Of a DNA stretch of 64,000 bases, positions 42,953 through 57,608 are shown in pieces. The stretch is from Eledone cirrhosa (taxonomy: Eukaryota): the NCBI GenBank assembly GCA_964016885.1, contig OZ024740.1, positions 355,322,001 to 355,386,000 on the forward strand, in the 5' to 3' direction. Below the pieces are notes generated by a model that was given only the letters and a program-made list of their open reading frames with translations, did not search any database and was not told where the DNA came from. The translations under genes and the position numbers were made by a program. Position 1 is the stretch's first letter; the number at the start of each line of letters is the position of its first letter.

Positions 42953-45029
42953 ATATACACACACACATAATGCAGACAACCAGACATACGGAGACATATT
43001 ATAAGGGCGCGACGTTATAGCTATGTATCTATCTAAAAAGACAGACTAAGAAAGAGAGAGGAATGTCGTATAACCGGAAGGGTTGACATTTGAAAATGTT
43101 ATAGAAGTGAATATTTAAATAATATATTTAATCTTTTAACAAAATATAGACAAAAATACCCTCACTTTCTTACTTGGAAAAAGTTACATCTATGGTGAAA
43201 ATTTGGTGCTGTTTGGTTCAACCATTTGGCGAAAAGTTTGTTACATACATACGACCGTTAGCTTTATTAGTATAGATGAATGTGTGTGTGCGCGCGTGTC
43301 TGTGTTTGTATACATATTGTATGTGTATATATACATATTATATACCTTGCCATTTTGAGTTCAAATCCTCCCAAGGTTAGCTTTGCCTTTTATCCTTACG
43401 TGGTTGATTAAATAAAGTACCAGTAACACACTGGGTAATTTGCTGGCCTTGTGCCAAAAGTAGAAACAATTACATACGTATGTGTATATCATATATATAT
43501 GTTTGTATATATGTGTGTGTATGTGTGTGTGCATGTGTGTATGCATGTATGTACATATAGATATATGAAATAAACTAGAGGAAATTTTCTTTTTTGTTCT
43601 GCAAATAGATCATTTTGTTTGATTCAAGCGTGAAATTGTATACGTAAATATAGGGAAAGCTGTCCTCGTGTTGTGTGTGTGTGTGTGTGTGTGTTTTCGT
43701 TTTAACACCATCTTCAAAACAATGCAATTTTGAGTTAATGCGCTTTCAATTATTTCATTTGTTCTCGTTCCAGCTCATAAATTTGCTTTACTTTCATTAA
43801 TAATCAATACAGACAACTAGACGCACTGGTGTTTTATATGGACACTTTTTATATGTCAATGAAATACGCACTTAGGGATTATTATTCCCATTAACAAAGG
43901 ATGGTTTCTCTTTTATCGTGAACATATAACTTAAGATTCCGGTGAGAACCACCAGATTTTATTGGGAATAAAACGTTTAAGAACTTCAGCGATTTTTCCT
44001 GGTGGCTGGTAATAGAATCATTAAGATGCCTGACAACAATGGCTAGCTGTCTTTTATGTAGCCAGGCGACGAGTATCGTAAAGGATAGATGAAGTTAAGA
44101 TGAGCTGTGTTCGCACCCCTGTTTCGATTCCAGGGTGGAGACATTTCTGTTTATTTATGTCACTAGTTCTCTTGGAAATTACTGGGTAAGATTATTAAAA
44201 TCTCTTTTGAATGTATGTACGTATGTTGACAAAAAGGAAAAACACCGTGGATTTTATTATCGTCTATGCTTGCCGTATTTAGATATGGAACTTTACATTC
44301 GGAATTTAAATCACACTGACGTTAACTTTACTTGGTTAATAAAATAATGTACTAGTCAATATAATGCATCAGAAATTTGAATAAAATTATAATAGATTAA
44401 AATTTAGATATAACAGAGCAACCATCTAGGTTTGGTGGGATTTTAAAAAAGTAGAGCAAATAACTCCGAAGGCGCTGTCTTCGATGGCACGACAATGCTA
44501 GTGAATATAGAATATGATATGATGCAAACCGTGAACATTCATTTTTCAAAGATGTGTAAAAATGATTTAGTGGCAATCACAGTAGAATGAATATCAATAA
44601 CTAATGACCTGAATCTGGCATTAGCACTCGATTCGCTCATGAAGTCAATTTACTTTACTTATGTTGCTAATGCTTTTGAGAGAAGCACGAATGCATCAAG
44701 CACGTTTATCTCTCCCTTTTTTCTATTTTTCTGTTTTCCCCTCTCCATCGAGAAAGATAGGTTGATGCATAACCTCTCTGATGTGGTCAGAAAGAATGGT
44801 TGTCGTGAGTTGGCATTATTGAAAATACTAATCAACCCAAATTATTTCTTCATCCTATTTAGCTGTCCACATGCGTGATCTGCGCTAATGGAGACAAACA
44901 GTATATCGTTTTTTTGTAACAGATGTCTTCACGTCGTGAAGTCCATGCCAGATTTCCGGATGACCTCTCTCCACCTTCTGCATGTTTGTAATGTGTCGTG
45001 GTCAAACGCATGTTTTATTTGATCTAGAC

Positions 45030-47668
45030 CAAAGGTTCTCAACGGGGGGCATATGCACCCCCAGGGGCGTTTTGGAACTCCAGGGGTGAGTTTGGGAGCA
45101 AGGGGGCATTAGGGGGGCGTTTGGAGTGCACTGGAAGGCTCTTTACTTTGGTAAGTTTTATAAGCCATATTTGTATGTCTTTGAGACAGCCAGTGTGAAT
45201 GCATTTGAATGAGCATGCAGACAGCATAACTATAGTCTGGCCGCAGCTGTGAGCAGGTGTGCAGGCGTGTTTAGACATTACCCGGCAATTGAGATCCTAA
45301 CAATCGAAAAACCCACAGTCAACTGAGTCAAGGACACTTCAAGCGCAGCCAGTTAGAATCTTGTCTTTCCTTCATCGATAACAATGTATTTCATGTCTGA
45401 AATTATTGACTCAACCGTAACGAGTTAACACTATGTAGATCTATTTTATTTCCTATTGTATAAATAATATTACAAATAAAAAAATCAAAAAAAATCCCAG
45501 AAGCGGGTAGCACACACATCTAGGACCACATACAACACATAATCAGATAATACACACATCTAGGACCTCATACAACACATAAGCAGGTAATACACACATA
45601 TAAGACCACATACAACACATAATCAGGTAATACACACATCTAGGACCACATGCAACACATAAGGAGGTAGCACGCACATCTAAGACCACACACAACACAC
45701 AGGCAAGTAATACATACATTTAGGACCACATACAACACATAAGCAGATAATACAAACATCTAGGACCACATACAACACATAATCAGGTAATACAAACATC
45801 TAGGACCACATACAACACATAATCAGGTAATACATACATCTAGGACCACATGCAATACATAGCAGGTAATACATATATCTAGGACTACCTACAACACACA
45901 GGCAGGTAATACATACATCTAGGACCAAATACAACACACATTGTATCATGTGCTACGGACGACGCAAGAGCAATGGTCGGCCAACATAAGGGTTTCGTCA
46001 CTCTTCTGAAGAGAGAAAATCTATCTGTATTTGTTGTTCATTGTGTCATTCATCAACAACACTTGGCTGTGAAGAAACTCAGCAAGCCACTGAGCAAGTC
46101 CTTGCAGGTGGCCCCTAATGTCATCAATTTTATCAAACGGCATTCCCTCAATGAACGAATTTTCCGGCAACTGTGCCAAGATAATGACGAAGAATTCGTC
46201 AAGTTGCTCCTTCATAATGAAGTGAGGTGGCTTTCAAAGGGCAAGTGCCTTACTCACTTCTTTGAACTGTTCGACTCTATCATTGAGTTTCTGCAAGGAC
46301 GCAACACAGAACTGTACAAGAAAACCCTCGATATGAGGCAAAACTGCGCCTACCTCACCGACATCGTTGACAAATGCATTAGCGTCATTTTGGCTTTGCA
46401 GGGGAAGAAGATCACCTTGCTTAAACAAGGAATGCTGCGAAAACATTCCTGGCCAAATTGAATGTCATCGAAAGGAATCTTTGTTGACGGGAATTCTATA
46501 ATTTTCCTAGTGTCGCCAATGTTCAAAACATTGTAAGTGATGACCAACTCCAAATGTATACCGCTCACCTCCGTGCGCTACAAGAGAGAACATGAGAGAA
46601 CGGTTTGTCAACCTTTTGCCGATGGACATCCCAATGTGGGTAGCAGATCCCTTCATAGCTAACGTCGATGATTTGGACGTTATATTTCAGGAAGAATTCA
46701 TTGAACTTCAAGCAGATGACATGATCAAAATTAGATTTCCCAAAATAGGTGAACCCCCTTTTTTGGATGCAAGAGGAAATTCAGCGTCGATTTCCACACC
46801 TACATGCAGAGGCTAAGAGATTTGCTCTGCCTTTTCCAAGCTCATACTTAGTCAAGAGGAGGTTTGGTGCTGTTTCCAGACTGCACAGTAAGGCTCGCAA
46901 CCGCTACAATGTAATTACATGTGGAGATCTCCGGCTACATCTTACGAAAATCCAGCCTGACGTCAAAGAGTTAGCTAGACTCCATGAAGTTCAAGGCTCC
47001 CATTGAAATGAGGTCAAAGTTAAAGTAAGTTGATTTATCTGAAAACTTAGATATGCTATTGTTACAAAGAAAACTAACAATTTTTTTTATTTGTAGTTTC
47101 AGTCTGACTGGACTGGAAACCATCTACTACAATTCACTTACTCATTTGTTGTATATATTTTACCATTTACTAATAAATATACCCTCCCGCGTGGTCATGA
47201 AAACCCTCTTCCGTGGTCTCTAAGCTCACAAAGCAGAGGGGACATCAAGTTAGATATCAACATTTATTCTGTCCATTTCATTAAAGGGAAAATTGGAAAG
47301 CTTTGAAATGATATAATTGCCACTTTCTTCCAGATAAGAGCACTCTTTGGATAGAGTTGCTCTTGTATAAAGGTTCAAAATAGCTGGTATCACCTGGTGG
47401 GAATATAACAAATTCAACTGGTCCTTATTCATAAAAAAGAACATTTATGTTCCTTTTTTTGAAATTTATATATTTCCTTTCAAGGAATGTATTTATACTC
47501 TCAGCTGCCTGCAATGGTATCTTTGGAATATTGTTAATCAATTTTTTAGTAATCTACAGATATCAAAATCAGTAGTATATTGAAAAATGGAAAAATAGGG
47601 TAGGGGGGCGTTTCGTGATTTCGAGGGACAAAAGGGGGCGTTTGGCCTAAATGGGTTGAGAACCTGTG
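45030..47668 (+). mobile_element. hAT Charlie/Buster-type transposon with both ends and a defective transposase
   Basis: TIRs CAAAGGTTCTCAAC / GTTGAGAACCTGTG; 8-bp TSD ATCTAGAC (45022-45029, 47669-47676). Motifs ATDDARAMVG, HCVIHQQHL, LLLHNEVRWLSKG, FPSSYLV, GDLRL..T and QGSH, with frameshifts. Confidence 0.95.
45500..45940. repeat. 40-bp minisatellite (~11 copies) inside the hAT element
   Basis: Unit ~AAGCAGGTAATACACACATCTAGGACCACATACAACACAT. Confidence 0.95.
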
Positions 47669-47899
47669 ATCTAGACCAAAGAATAACTTATTTAGCTTAC
47701 ATGTGGAAAACTAGATCAAATCTTCTCGAAGCTTCGGCTAAGAACAGAAGGGTTGCAACATGGTTGAGCAAATTTATTATAGACTTTAACTTTGAATTAG
47801 AGCAATTTCTGGCTTAACATGTTTTTAATAGCTCAATAACAACTTTGTCGATAAGAATTTGGAGCAGGCAGTCATTGGCATTAACAATGACTTCTGCAC

Positions 47900-49720
47900 T
47901 CATGCTTCTGTCAACTACCTTGCATAGGCTTCCTGCTCTTCATTCACTGGATTTGAGTAGATGGATATGAGATTTGACTGTTTTGTGAAGAACTTGTTTA
48001 GATGTTCGTTCAGAGCCATGTACATATAGATGTGGGCACGAAGAACTGTCTTATAGAAGGCAGAATTTAGAATCTGTCATGTCGAGGTAAAGCCACATAC
48101 ATCAGCCGTGTCACCCATACGTCAATTCTACCACGGTTTTCAATAGACATACTTCGTGTCCTCAGCGTAGCCATCACGTTGCCTAGCTACCCAACTACCC
48201 TAGCATGGAATCATCTATGGAACCCAGCAACTGCCCATTCACCTATAAAAATATGTTCAAAGCAATTCTATTTATTCTTTTCCAACGACCAATCTCTTCA
48301 ACTTGGATGCTTGTAGAATCACAGGTAGAATTGCAGATCACACTGGTGCAAATGTGCAACTTCTGACAGCAGCGACAGTGCAACATCATGCGTCGAAAAT
48401 TGACCAAATGATACGAGTGACTTAAAGCCATTACAACCAGCTCTGTTCTCTATTATACTCTTCTACCGACAGTAGGGATCCATCTTAAGGTAGTCACGTT
48501 ATAAATCTCAGAAATCCCTTTGATGTTGACCTAGAATTCTTGTGATCTTTTAAGAAGCCTAAATTTTGGTTTGCTGTATGGCTTGATGGACGAAATGTAT
48601 GAAATGGCTTCCTTTGAAACATTGGCTTTCTAATACAATATGTGTTGTCTTTCCTATCAACTGTGCCGTTAGTGAAGCTTTTCTTACCAACATTAACCAA
48701 CACAATTATTAGCTTAGCTGTTTCCTAAAGCATTGACTGCATTGTACTCAAGAGTTCTATGAATGAAGATCTATTAGTTAGTTTCTTGTTGGTGACGTGA
48801 TCAACGATAAATCTGTGAATTTTCTAGGGCTGTGTCCGGGATACGTGTGTGTTGCCTGTTTGGGTTGGTTTTGAAATTATACATGATGATCTAGCTCCAT
48901 ACAAATACCGATTGGTCCATTGACCTATGCCTCATCTCTGTTTGTATTTCCTCTTCACGTCCTACTGAAATCCAACTTATATGACTGTACAAATCTGGTA
49001 GAGTATCGTCTGCCATGCTCAATGCGATAACTATGCCAGACTGTTTCTTCTCGTCAGTGAAGTTTGCAATACTTCTGAATATTTGTTTAGATGTTTTGTA
49101 GAGCATATTTATAATCTCCACGTCATTCGCATTGTCTTCTATCATAGACACGTGGTCTATATAGTTTTCGTTGAATTCTGGACAGTAAAAAACTGATGGC
49201 TGTCGCTTGTCTTTCTGCATTACGAACTTCACAAATGTATATTTTGCTAATCTCTCAATATTTTTACAGAAAAAAACAAACAAACAAAACATAGTGAACC
49301 TGAGTAATTTGATTTGTTGATTTGTTTTATCTTCTTTTAGTGGCTTAGAAAATAGCAACTGTGATGTATTGGCAAATGTTGGTTCCAAAGATAAATAAAG
49401 TGAAGTTAAACTATCCTCATTCATATAATGGTCTATATAACACCAGAGTTTTACCTACTTCAGCCTACAACAAAGAAACGTCGAAGAACGTATTTTTCAG
49501 ACGGAAATATATATTCTACTGTTTTATTTGTTCCAGCCATCCGGCTGAAGCCATGCTGGGGTACAGAAAATAAATGCCTTTCAATAACAATACTGATGCA
49601 GAATAATCAGTGTCACTTATTGTGACCAAATCAACAAAGACTTTCTGCTGAGAACATATCCACCGAAACTGTAGGATATCGTGACTGAATAGACTACATT
49701 TGCATCCACAAAATCTCTGG
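47900..49720 (-). mobile_element. Highly decayed large DNA-transposon transposase, Academ-like
   Basis: Frameshifted remnants NGFKSLVS, VMATLRT..MSIEN..RIDVWVT, RQILN...YKTVLRAHIYMYMAL, plus ORF 48891-49424. Family assignment is from recalled motifs only. Confidence 0.45.
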
Positions 49721-51589
49721 CAGCATGATCGTATAACAAAAAATGAACACAATCAGATAATAATCAGAAGAAAAAACTAAGTCTATCAAGTTGCCAGATC
49801 TATGTTTTAATATTACAGGCTAAGAAGGGCAGTGGATTGACATTATCGGTGGTGAATCAGAAACCAATATTATAGGCTGAGGTATTAAAAGAATCGCTGG
49901 CGGTATTTAGTTACAACAATTTACTTTACAAGTCAATGGAAAAATGATGTTACTTCTATCAGGAGTTATGACTAGCTGACTTGTAGTAAAAATGTCTATA
50001 CAAAGACCGTAGAGCAGCAAATTCTATTTACTTTAGCCACTAACTACTTACTGTAAGTTAAATATAAGACAGTAAGCATACACATACACTAGGCCCTAAC
50101 ACAGAGGAGCTGAACTTCCAAAGATCCAAACAAGGTTAACCATACATTTTATACTTTCGTGGTCGTTGAAATAAAATCCTTGTTAAACTGGAGATTGTTT
50201 TAATCGACTAGAGCCATCTCCCAAATTTAAGACCTTGTGTTCATGATAGAAATCAATAATTCGAGGACCGGCTGAAAAGTTCATAGGCTGACCAGGACAC
50301 CTTCATGGAATGACCAAATAAGGTTTATTTTTCAACACAATCCTTGGGAAGAAACAATGCCGTTATTAATAAGAGTTGAAATTAATGCATGTTAGATTTT
50401 ACAGCTCTAGCATCAGTCCTCATAGTCAGCCTATGAACTTTTCAGTCAACCCTCGTACATGCCAAGAAAACATTTCATTTGATAAGCAAGGCAAAATAGC
50501 TTACTGTCTATTGAATCAATGAGGGAGCCTTTGTCTGGTTGCTTGACCTCATGAAATAGCAGTCAAATTCCTCTCGAATCACGCCCTACCACTTTAAAAA
50601 TGGAAACACACATTTGATAATAAAGGTCTAGATATATATTCTAAAAATAAGCATCACGCTTATATATACGTTCTCACCTTCTGAGTGCAGGGAGTGAATT
50701 TTATCAGGGTACCAGCACTAAAATGATTGTCTCACTTTGACACAGCTGACGAGACCTCCCGACCCTTTGTTTTGCATGATTTCCATGACTGGATCCCCAT
50801 CCTATCACCAACAACACTTTGTCTTTAATCTCTTAACGTATATATTATGTATGAGAGAACGAGGTATCACTTTAAAAGGTTTTTATTCCAAATTGAACGT
50901 TACATATGTTTCACAGATGATCGGTTCGAGGTCTTTATCGATATGATAGACCTGACTCCAGTATCGATCTGCTCATCAGAAGTGTAGATTTAAATCAAAA
51001 ATGTATATTTCCACATATATATATATATATAAATACACACATATACATGTATGTATACATGTATGTATCTGTGTGTGTGTGTGTGTGTATGTGTGCATAT
51101 GTGTGTGAGCATACACACAGAAGATTATAAACAACGTTGGCCCAAAGAGTATGTTTGAACTTACTACTGAGAGAAACATAATGAAAACCTAAACGTCTTC
51201 TTGCATTTCATACCACCATTAAACATAGTATTTGCTGAATCACTTCCAAACTCCTTGCTACCTTAAGAGAACTTCAGAAATATCTTAATCAATAAGAATC
51301 TGAATACTGTCTTGATTAATCAATGTATTGATTATAAGTCAAGCTTAATAATTCAGTGATTATTGCATTGAATAAAATGACTTGAAACTGTTTACTTGTA
51401 TGGTATATTTGGCTGTTCCATTTGCAGAGAACACACAATCTGTTGATGTCACTGCAAATCAAAGTTATATAATAAAGATTGAATGCTATGAATAAGTATT
51501 GCCGTATTGCCATAGTAACTGATTCATATATTTCAGATCGACAAACAGAATACAGAGAAGGAGACACGTAGAAGCAAGAAAATAGAACT

Positions 51590-51663
51590 ATGGAAACCAA
51601 ACAGTATACAACTTTACTAAAATGGATGCTTATTATTCTTAATATTTTCCTTCATGAAACACA
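51590..51663 (+). CDS. Cys-loop ligand-gated ion channel subunit, coding exon 1 (signal peptide)
   Basis: METKQYTTLLKWMLIILNIFLHET, then CA|GTAAGT (phase 2). An upstream TTTCAG acceptor at 51531-51536 implies a separate 5'UTR exon. Confidence 0.7.
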
Positions 51664-53861
51664 GTAAGTTTAATTTCTTTTTAAAATTATTCACATTTTA
51701 TTATGTCGTATAAAAAAGAATTTGTAAACAATAGAGTATTTAAATGAAGTCGTAAGTTTCTAAATGTTGAAGATCTGATCTTGAGCAGTCATGAGCAATC
51801 TGTGACCCATTTGAGTTTCTGAATGGCATGCCCAATGAAAAATTATCTTGAAGTTTTTAGTAGTGCGGCACAGCTCATTGCTCGAAAAATGTTGGTCATA
51901 CCTGACCTAGAGTGCAATTCCAGCTGAATAAAGGTATATTACTTGGCGAGCCTAGTCTGCAAAGCAGCTTTGATTCCCACTTGGATTCTTTACTTACATA
52001 ACAGGTGTTACACAGTCAGTGGTATTGGCACACTAGCCTCTTTGCCAGTTCAGCCTACATTTTCACCTTATTCCATACTATCCATACGATTCTACAAATG
52101 TCAGCAATTTCTCATTTTCAAACATAGAAAAGACCAATATGGCTGTTGAGCAGGACCCCGAAAAACATTTTGCAACAAGACTGCTTTTTCTTCAAAACTC
52201 AAAAAGGCTGAAAAAGTTTTAAAGGAAGACTTCAGATATTCACCCACCTCTCCTCAGCTTCCCAGGCTCCAGACTGATAGAGAGCGTGTTTTAGATGCCT
52301 TGCAGATATGTACAGATATGTATTACTTTCTTCTCTCTCACTGTTCTATAAGGGAAACACTAGTAGTGTCATGGTGCAACATAGCAGTGGAGTGGACTAC
52401 TGCACCACTCTAAATAACAACGCTGATAACTGGAAAGAAAACTAACAACAGCAACAGCAGCAACAGTAACAACAACAGCAACACCAAAGGCAAAAATAAA
52501 ACAACACCAATTACATAAACAGTAACACATACACCATCCCTGTACTGCATAAAACCACATGAGCAAGTCATTCATGAAAAGAACAAAACAATACTATAAC
52601 ACTTTCACAATAAAAATTAAATTCTTTAGTCTAATATTGCAAATTTTTACGATTTATTCATTACTATAAACTTTTAAATTTACAATGTTTTAAAACACTT
52701 TCTGCTAAATCATTATAGGATGTTAAAAGATAACTGAGTGAAAGTTTGTGCCTCAAGGTTGTCAATAAATAGGTTAACATAATTGTGATCTTGTAATATA
52801 ACCCTTTCTTTTATCACTATGAGGCCTTTCTGTGAAGGTGTGTGGATAGGTACTTCTGATGTTCTAGTCACAATCATATGGTTGTGAATTCAATTCCAAG
52901 CACTACATTTTGTCCTTGAACAAGTCATTTCTTGTTGCTTCAGTTCACACAGCTCGCAAAAATAAGTTGTACTTGTTCAAAACACCAGCCTTGCTACACA
53001 TTGTGTCACACTGAATCTCCCTGAGAACTATAATAAAGGTACATGTGTCTATGGAATATTCGGTCACGTGCAAGTTAATTTCTCAAGCAAGCTGTTCTGT
53101 TGTTCAAACAACTAGAAGTCTCCTCTATTGGTTGGATGTGATAGAAACTACTGGGTTTTTTTAATGTCATTATCATAGCTATTTCATGGTCGAATGGTTA
53201 AGATGTTCACTTTGCAATTATTAGGTCCCAGGTTTTAACCAATTGCGTGGTATCTTAGGTGAGTGCCATAGCCTTAACCCTTTAGCATTTATATTACTCT
53301 ATATTTACTATTATATTTTCATGGTAAAAGCTTTATCTTACATAATTATCTCACATAATATCGAATCTATGAGATTTTGATATTATGTATTTTGAGAACA
53401 ATACTTTAACATCAGTATGAGTGGCTGGTTATGACCAGTTTGAACAGAAAGAAGGTAGAGAATTCTGGCTGGATATGGCTAGTTTAAATGCTAAAGGGTT
53501 AAGTCAACTGATGCAATATGAATGAAACTGAGTAGAGAGAAACTTCTCAGTAACTCATTGGATGTACTGTACCAGTATTTCAAAGGGCCAGCCTTCACGC
53601 CCTCTTTCACACTGAATATCCCTGAGAAGTATGTTAAGCTACACTTGCACATTAATTTCATGAGCAGGCTGTTCCTTTGTTCAAACAAATGGAACAGTCA
53701 TCATCGAAACCGACGAAGGTCCAACACATGGGGTCATTCTCTATAATGGAAAAGAAACCAATATTTCTAAGAGGAAATTCATATCATGTAAGTTTTTGTT
53801 TTATTTTATTGTTGTTTTTTTGCTTGCTTTTTTTGCATGCTTTTTTTTTTCATCCGAACAG

Positions 53862-53959
53862 GTGTAGCAGTGAAAATAGTAGTGCAATATGGAAAGAGAT
53901 AACAAAGTTTATGTCTGGGAGTAGTTACAACCGATATTTGAGACCAGAAGCAGATACAG
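53862..53959 (+). CDS. Cys-loop ligand-gated ion channel subunit, coding exon 2
   Basis: Poly-T...CAG acceptor; (Q)CSSENSSAIWKEITKFMSGSSYNRYLRPEADT with the Y-N-x-x-L-R-P motif; G|GTAAGT (phase 1). Phases match both neighbouring exons. Confidence 0.85.
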
Positions 53960-55099
53960 GTAAGTGTACAAAAATCAGTGAGCAGCATTCTCAGAATATC
54001 CGACACAATTTTAGACATCTAAACACAGTGTAGTGGTAGCAGTGTTTGTGGTCATTGTGGTGGTGGTAGGTTGGGTGGTGGTCTGTTGATGGTAGTAGTG
54101 AGGCCTAGTTGAGAAATTGAACCATCAGGTATGGTTTCTGGAGTCCATTACCTATCCAATCAACCATTTACCACTTTCTGTTAATAATTAGTAATGAGAA
54201 AATGGTGAGAAAAGACTGATGTATTCAATGATTGCAACACTGGTATAGACCTCCATCACTTTTGACAATGAGCAGTTGTTTGATCAACAGCCTGCTCATG
54301 AAATTAAGGTGTAAGTGACTGAGCATTCCACATTCACACGTTTCTTAATGTAATAATCATTGAGATGATTCAACGTGACATGGTGTGTGATAAGACTGAC
54401 CCTTAAAAGTACAAGTTTATTCCATCCGACAGGCTATTAAACAGTTTTTGTCTGTCTAATTTCCTTCACAAGACAGCAGTTGACTTATAGTTTTATATAT
54501 GTGATACTTGCCTAAGATGTCACACAGTGGGATCGAACCTGGAACCTACTGTTTGAAAAGCAAACTTCATAGCCCTGCAATGGCAATGATAATAGCAACA
54601 AAACAATAGCTTGTATCACATACAACCAACAAACAATTTTCAAGGAAATATTGTAATAGCATAGTAAGATGCAGACTAGCAGCCACGCAATATGAATTTG
54701 AAATTACCTCAACCCTTTAGCATTTGCATTACTCTATATTTATTATTGTAATTTCTCGGTAAAAGCTCTACCTCACATAATTATCTCACATAATATCGAA
54801 TCTATGAGATTTTAATATTATTTATTTTGAGAACAATACCTTAACATCAGTATGAACAGAAAGAAGTGAGAGAATTCTGGCCGGATATGACTGGTTTAAA
54901 TGCTAAAAGGTTAAGGAAAGGGTTCTCCATCAGTGTTGGTAAAAATTGTAAAGGGCCCTCAACTCTTAATGGAGATGTAGGCGTGCCATCCTAACACAAA
55001 GTGTGTCTTTGTTATTTTAAACCTGGCGAAGCACATCCTTCTCCAGGTCAGAACACAGCCAATTTCTTCCAGAGAATGAATGGATTTCAATACTGAAGC

Positions 55100-55413
55100 A
55101 GTGCTAAGTTTACTCTCAGACTTTTTTGATTCTCAATTTTGTTTCCTTAGTTGGAACTTATTTTCTAGGTCTTTAATGGATTCAGCTATAAGGACCAGAT
55201 CATCTGCATAGAGAAGTTCTGATAGGCAGCTAGTCTTAAACTCATCTGTTATAGCTTGGAGGACTATAATGGATAGTAGTGGGCTAAGAACTGAACCTTG
55301 ATGAACTCCTTCATATACCTCAAATTCCTCACTAAACTCATTTCCTACTCTCACTTTGCTAACATCTCCTCTGTACATGACTTGCACTGCTCTCACCAAC
55401 CATTCTTCTACAC
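55100..55413 (-). mobile_element. RTE RT fragment in intron 2
   Basis: GVHQGSVLSPLL...LLYADDLVL. Confidence 0.9.
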
Positions 55414-55751
55414 CTTATTTATTGACATTGAAAGAATGAAACGAAAAATTGAACATGGTGTGACTTGAACACAGAGCACAGTGAGTTGAAACAAATACTG
55501 AGGCATTTTTAATTTGACGCCCTGACGGCTTTGCCATTTTGATACCTTAGATATTGGGAGGTAGTTAATATAGAAAAATTATATCTTATATATTCAAGTA
55601 AAAATCGACTCCCTATATTTTGCCCCCAAATTCGAATCAACCCCAGCGCATTAGTGATACTTTTCTTATCGACCCCGTAAGGAAGAAAGGCAAAGCTAAC
55701 CTTTATAATGATTTGTAATGATTTCTTACACTCTTTTTGTTTTTCTTTCAG

Positions 55752-55816
55752 GAAATATCACAGTTGTATTCTTAAATGTATTTGTTGAAGCTGTTGGAGA
55801 AATGAATGCCAATAAG
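55752..55816 (+). CDS. Cys-loop ligand-gated ion channel subunit, coding exon 3
   Basis: TTTTCTTTCAG acceptor; (G)NITVVFLNVFVEAVGEMNANK (beta-1 strand, N-glycosylation sequon NIT); AAG|GT (phase 0). Later exons were not found in the window. Confidence 0.85.
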
Positions 55817-56497
55817 GTAGATAGTTATCAAATGTTTCTTGTTGACTAGGTAAAAAGACCCTATATTTTAAGGGAGAGAATATTGAAGGAAGGAACACCT
55901 GCAGTAATTTAAGGGTAGGCCAAGGAAAGGTTTCATCTTATGATTGAAATTTAACTCAGTCAGGCTTTACCAGAATCTTACTGTATAATGTCCATCTCTT
56001 AAAGTCGCCAAAATATTCTAATCTTTCTTCCTATTTAGACAGTGTTCTTAACCTTGAAATAGCACCATATGATTAAAGGTGTTTAGAAATTGTGGCTATT
56101 TTTGTGTAACACTCAAAAAACAGACAAACCTATGATCAAATGGGGTTTAGATGCTGTAGCTGTTGTATATCTCTCATAAAGAAGACTTATAGTGTGAAAT
56201 GCATTTAGAAATTTTGTTTGCTATTGTTTAACCTTGATAAAGCTGACATATGATCAAAGACACATTCAAACATAATCTATGCTGTTCTTTTAGTTTTTCA
56301 GCTCTGCATTATCCAATGCAACCTTCCTTCTTTTGAGATTTTATAGTGTGGTTTGAGTGATATTTGACTGCTATTTCCAGCAGGTCTCATAACCAAGCAG
56401 AGACTCTCATAGAAATTTTGTTAGCTTGTTGACACTTTTCTGTTGAAAAGGCATCTTTATTCTAATATAATTTCTGTCTGTACTCTCCTCACCAACA

Positions 56498-57608
56498 TCT
56501 ATATATATATATCAAACAGAAGATGTTTGTCTGTGTAAATCCCTAAAACTCGAGAAGTACCCGACCGATTTTTTTTCAAACTTTACACATGCATTACTTA
56601 TATTTTTTGAAATGCAATGGGATAAAAAAATTTTAGTCGAAAAACCTCATTTTTTAGGCATTTTTAGGCTCTTTTGAGGAGTAACTTAAAGATAATCCAG
56701 CCAGTTTCCTCAAAATTTGTGGGCAACCAGTCCCCTCGCATTGCTGTGGACAAAAAAAATTTCCGATTCCATTAATGGTTTCTAGGAAATTTACGAATTA
56801 GCATTGGGCATTACATGCCATTTTCCTTTTCAATATAAACGCTACATTGTAAGTAGCGTATAAAAATTTGGTTTATTTAACAGAGGACACAACACTTACT
56901 TACTTTTAAGCAGGACCATTTTTGGGGGATTGAGGAAATGAGGAGGACCTTAAAATTTTTGTTGGCGTCCTGTTGACGCTTTGTGCTTTCATCACACGCA
57001 AATCCGGGCCCTGTGTACGTTGCTGTGTTATTGACACCATAAAACTCATGTCTGTGCTACTTCTACTAAGACACCCTTTGTTGCACCTACACCGCATTAT
57101 GAATGCCCTGCGCAAGTACGCCGAACAGCAGTTGTGCTAATTCCGCAGTGACCTCTTTTGTCGCACCTTTGTTGCTGTGTAAATGCAGGGCAACCAGTGC
57201 CGCCCAGCATTTGTGCTAATTGCACTATGACCCTCTTTTGCTGCAGCTGCATTACCACACTGATTTCGTCATCTTAATATCCTTACTTAAGCGTACATTC
57301 CTACTTGGTTTTCACACAATTGACTATGTTGCTCCTTCAGACTGACGTGTGTTCCCCATCCTTGACGTAATTCGTGAACAGACTTATGACATACATGCCC
57401 CACAACACTTATTTACTCCTTTCGCATACATGATTTCCGCACTCAACCCATTGACACTGCTACTACTAGATTCGACCTGCTGATGTTCTATGTTTCCAGT
57501 AGATGAACTATCATTCCCTGAGAATAAGGGAATTTAAAAAGTACACAGCTACATTCCTCAATCTTTGCGTATGTGTGTTGCTATTTCATGTTTCCTACCC
57601 CGTGCTAG
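56498..57608 (+). mobile_element. Probable non-autonomous Helitron in intron 3
   Basis: Starts A|TCTATATATATATATC and ends GTGCTAG|T; no clear subterminal hairpin. Confidence 0.5.

Noticed and set aside
45500-45940. Possible CRISPR-like array
   Set aside because: 40-bp tandem units without spacers, inside a hAT element.
51590-55816. Calling the channel an octopus chemotactile receptor or assigning a gene symbol
   Set aside because: Only 79 N-terminal residues are visible, and the exon layout looks more like the GABA/glycine-type branch; there is not enough for a name.
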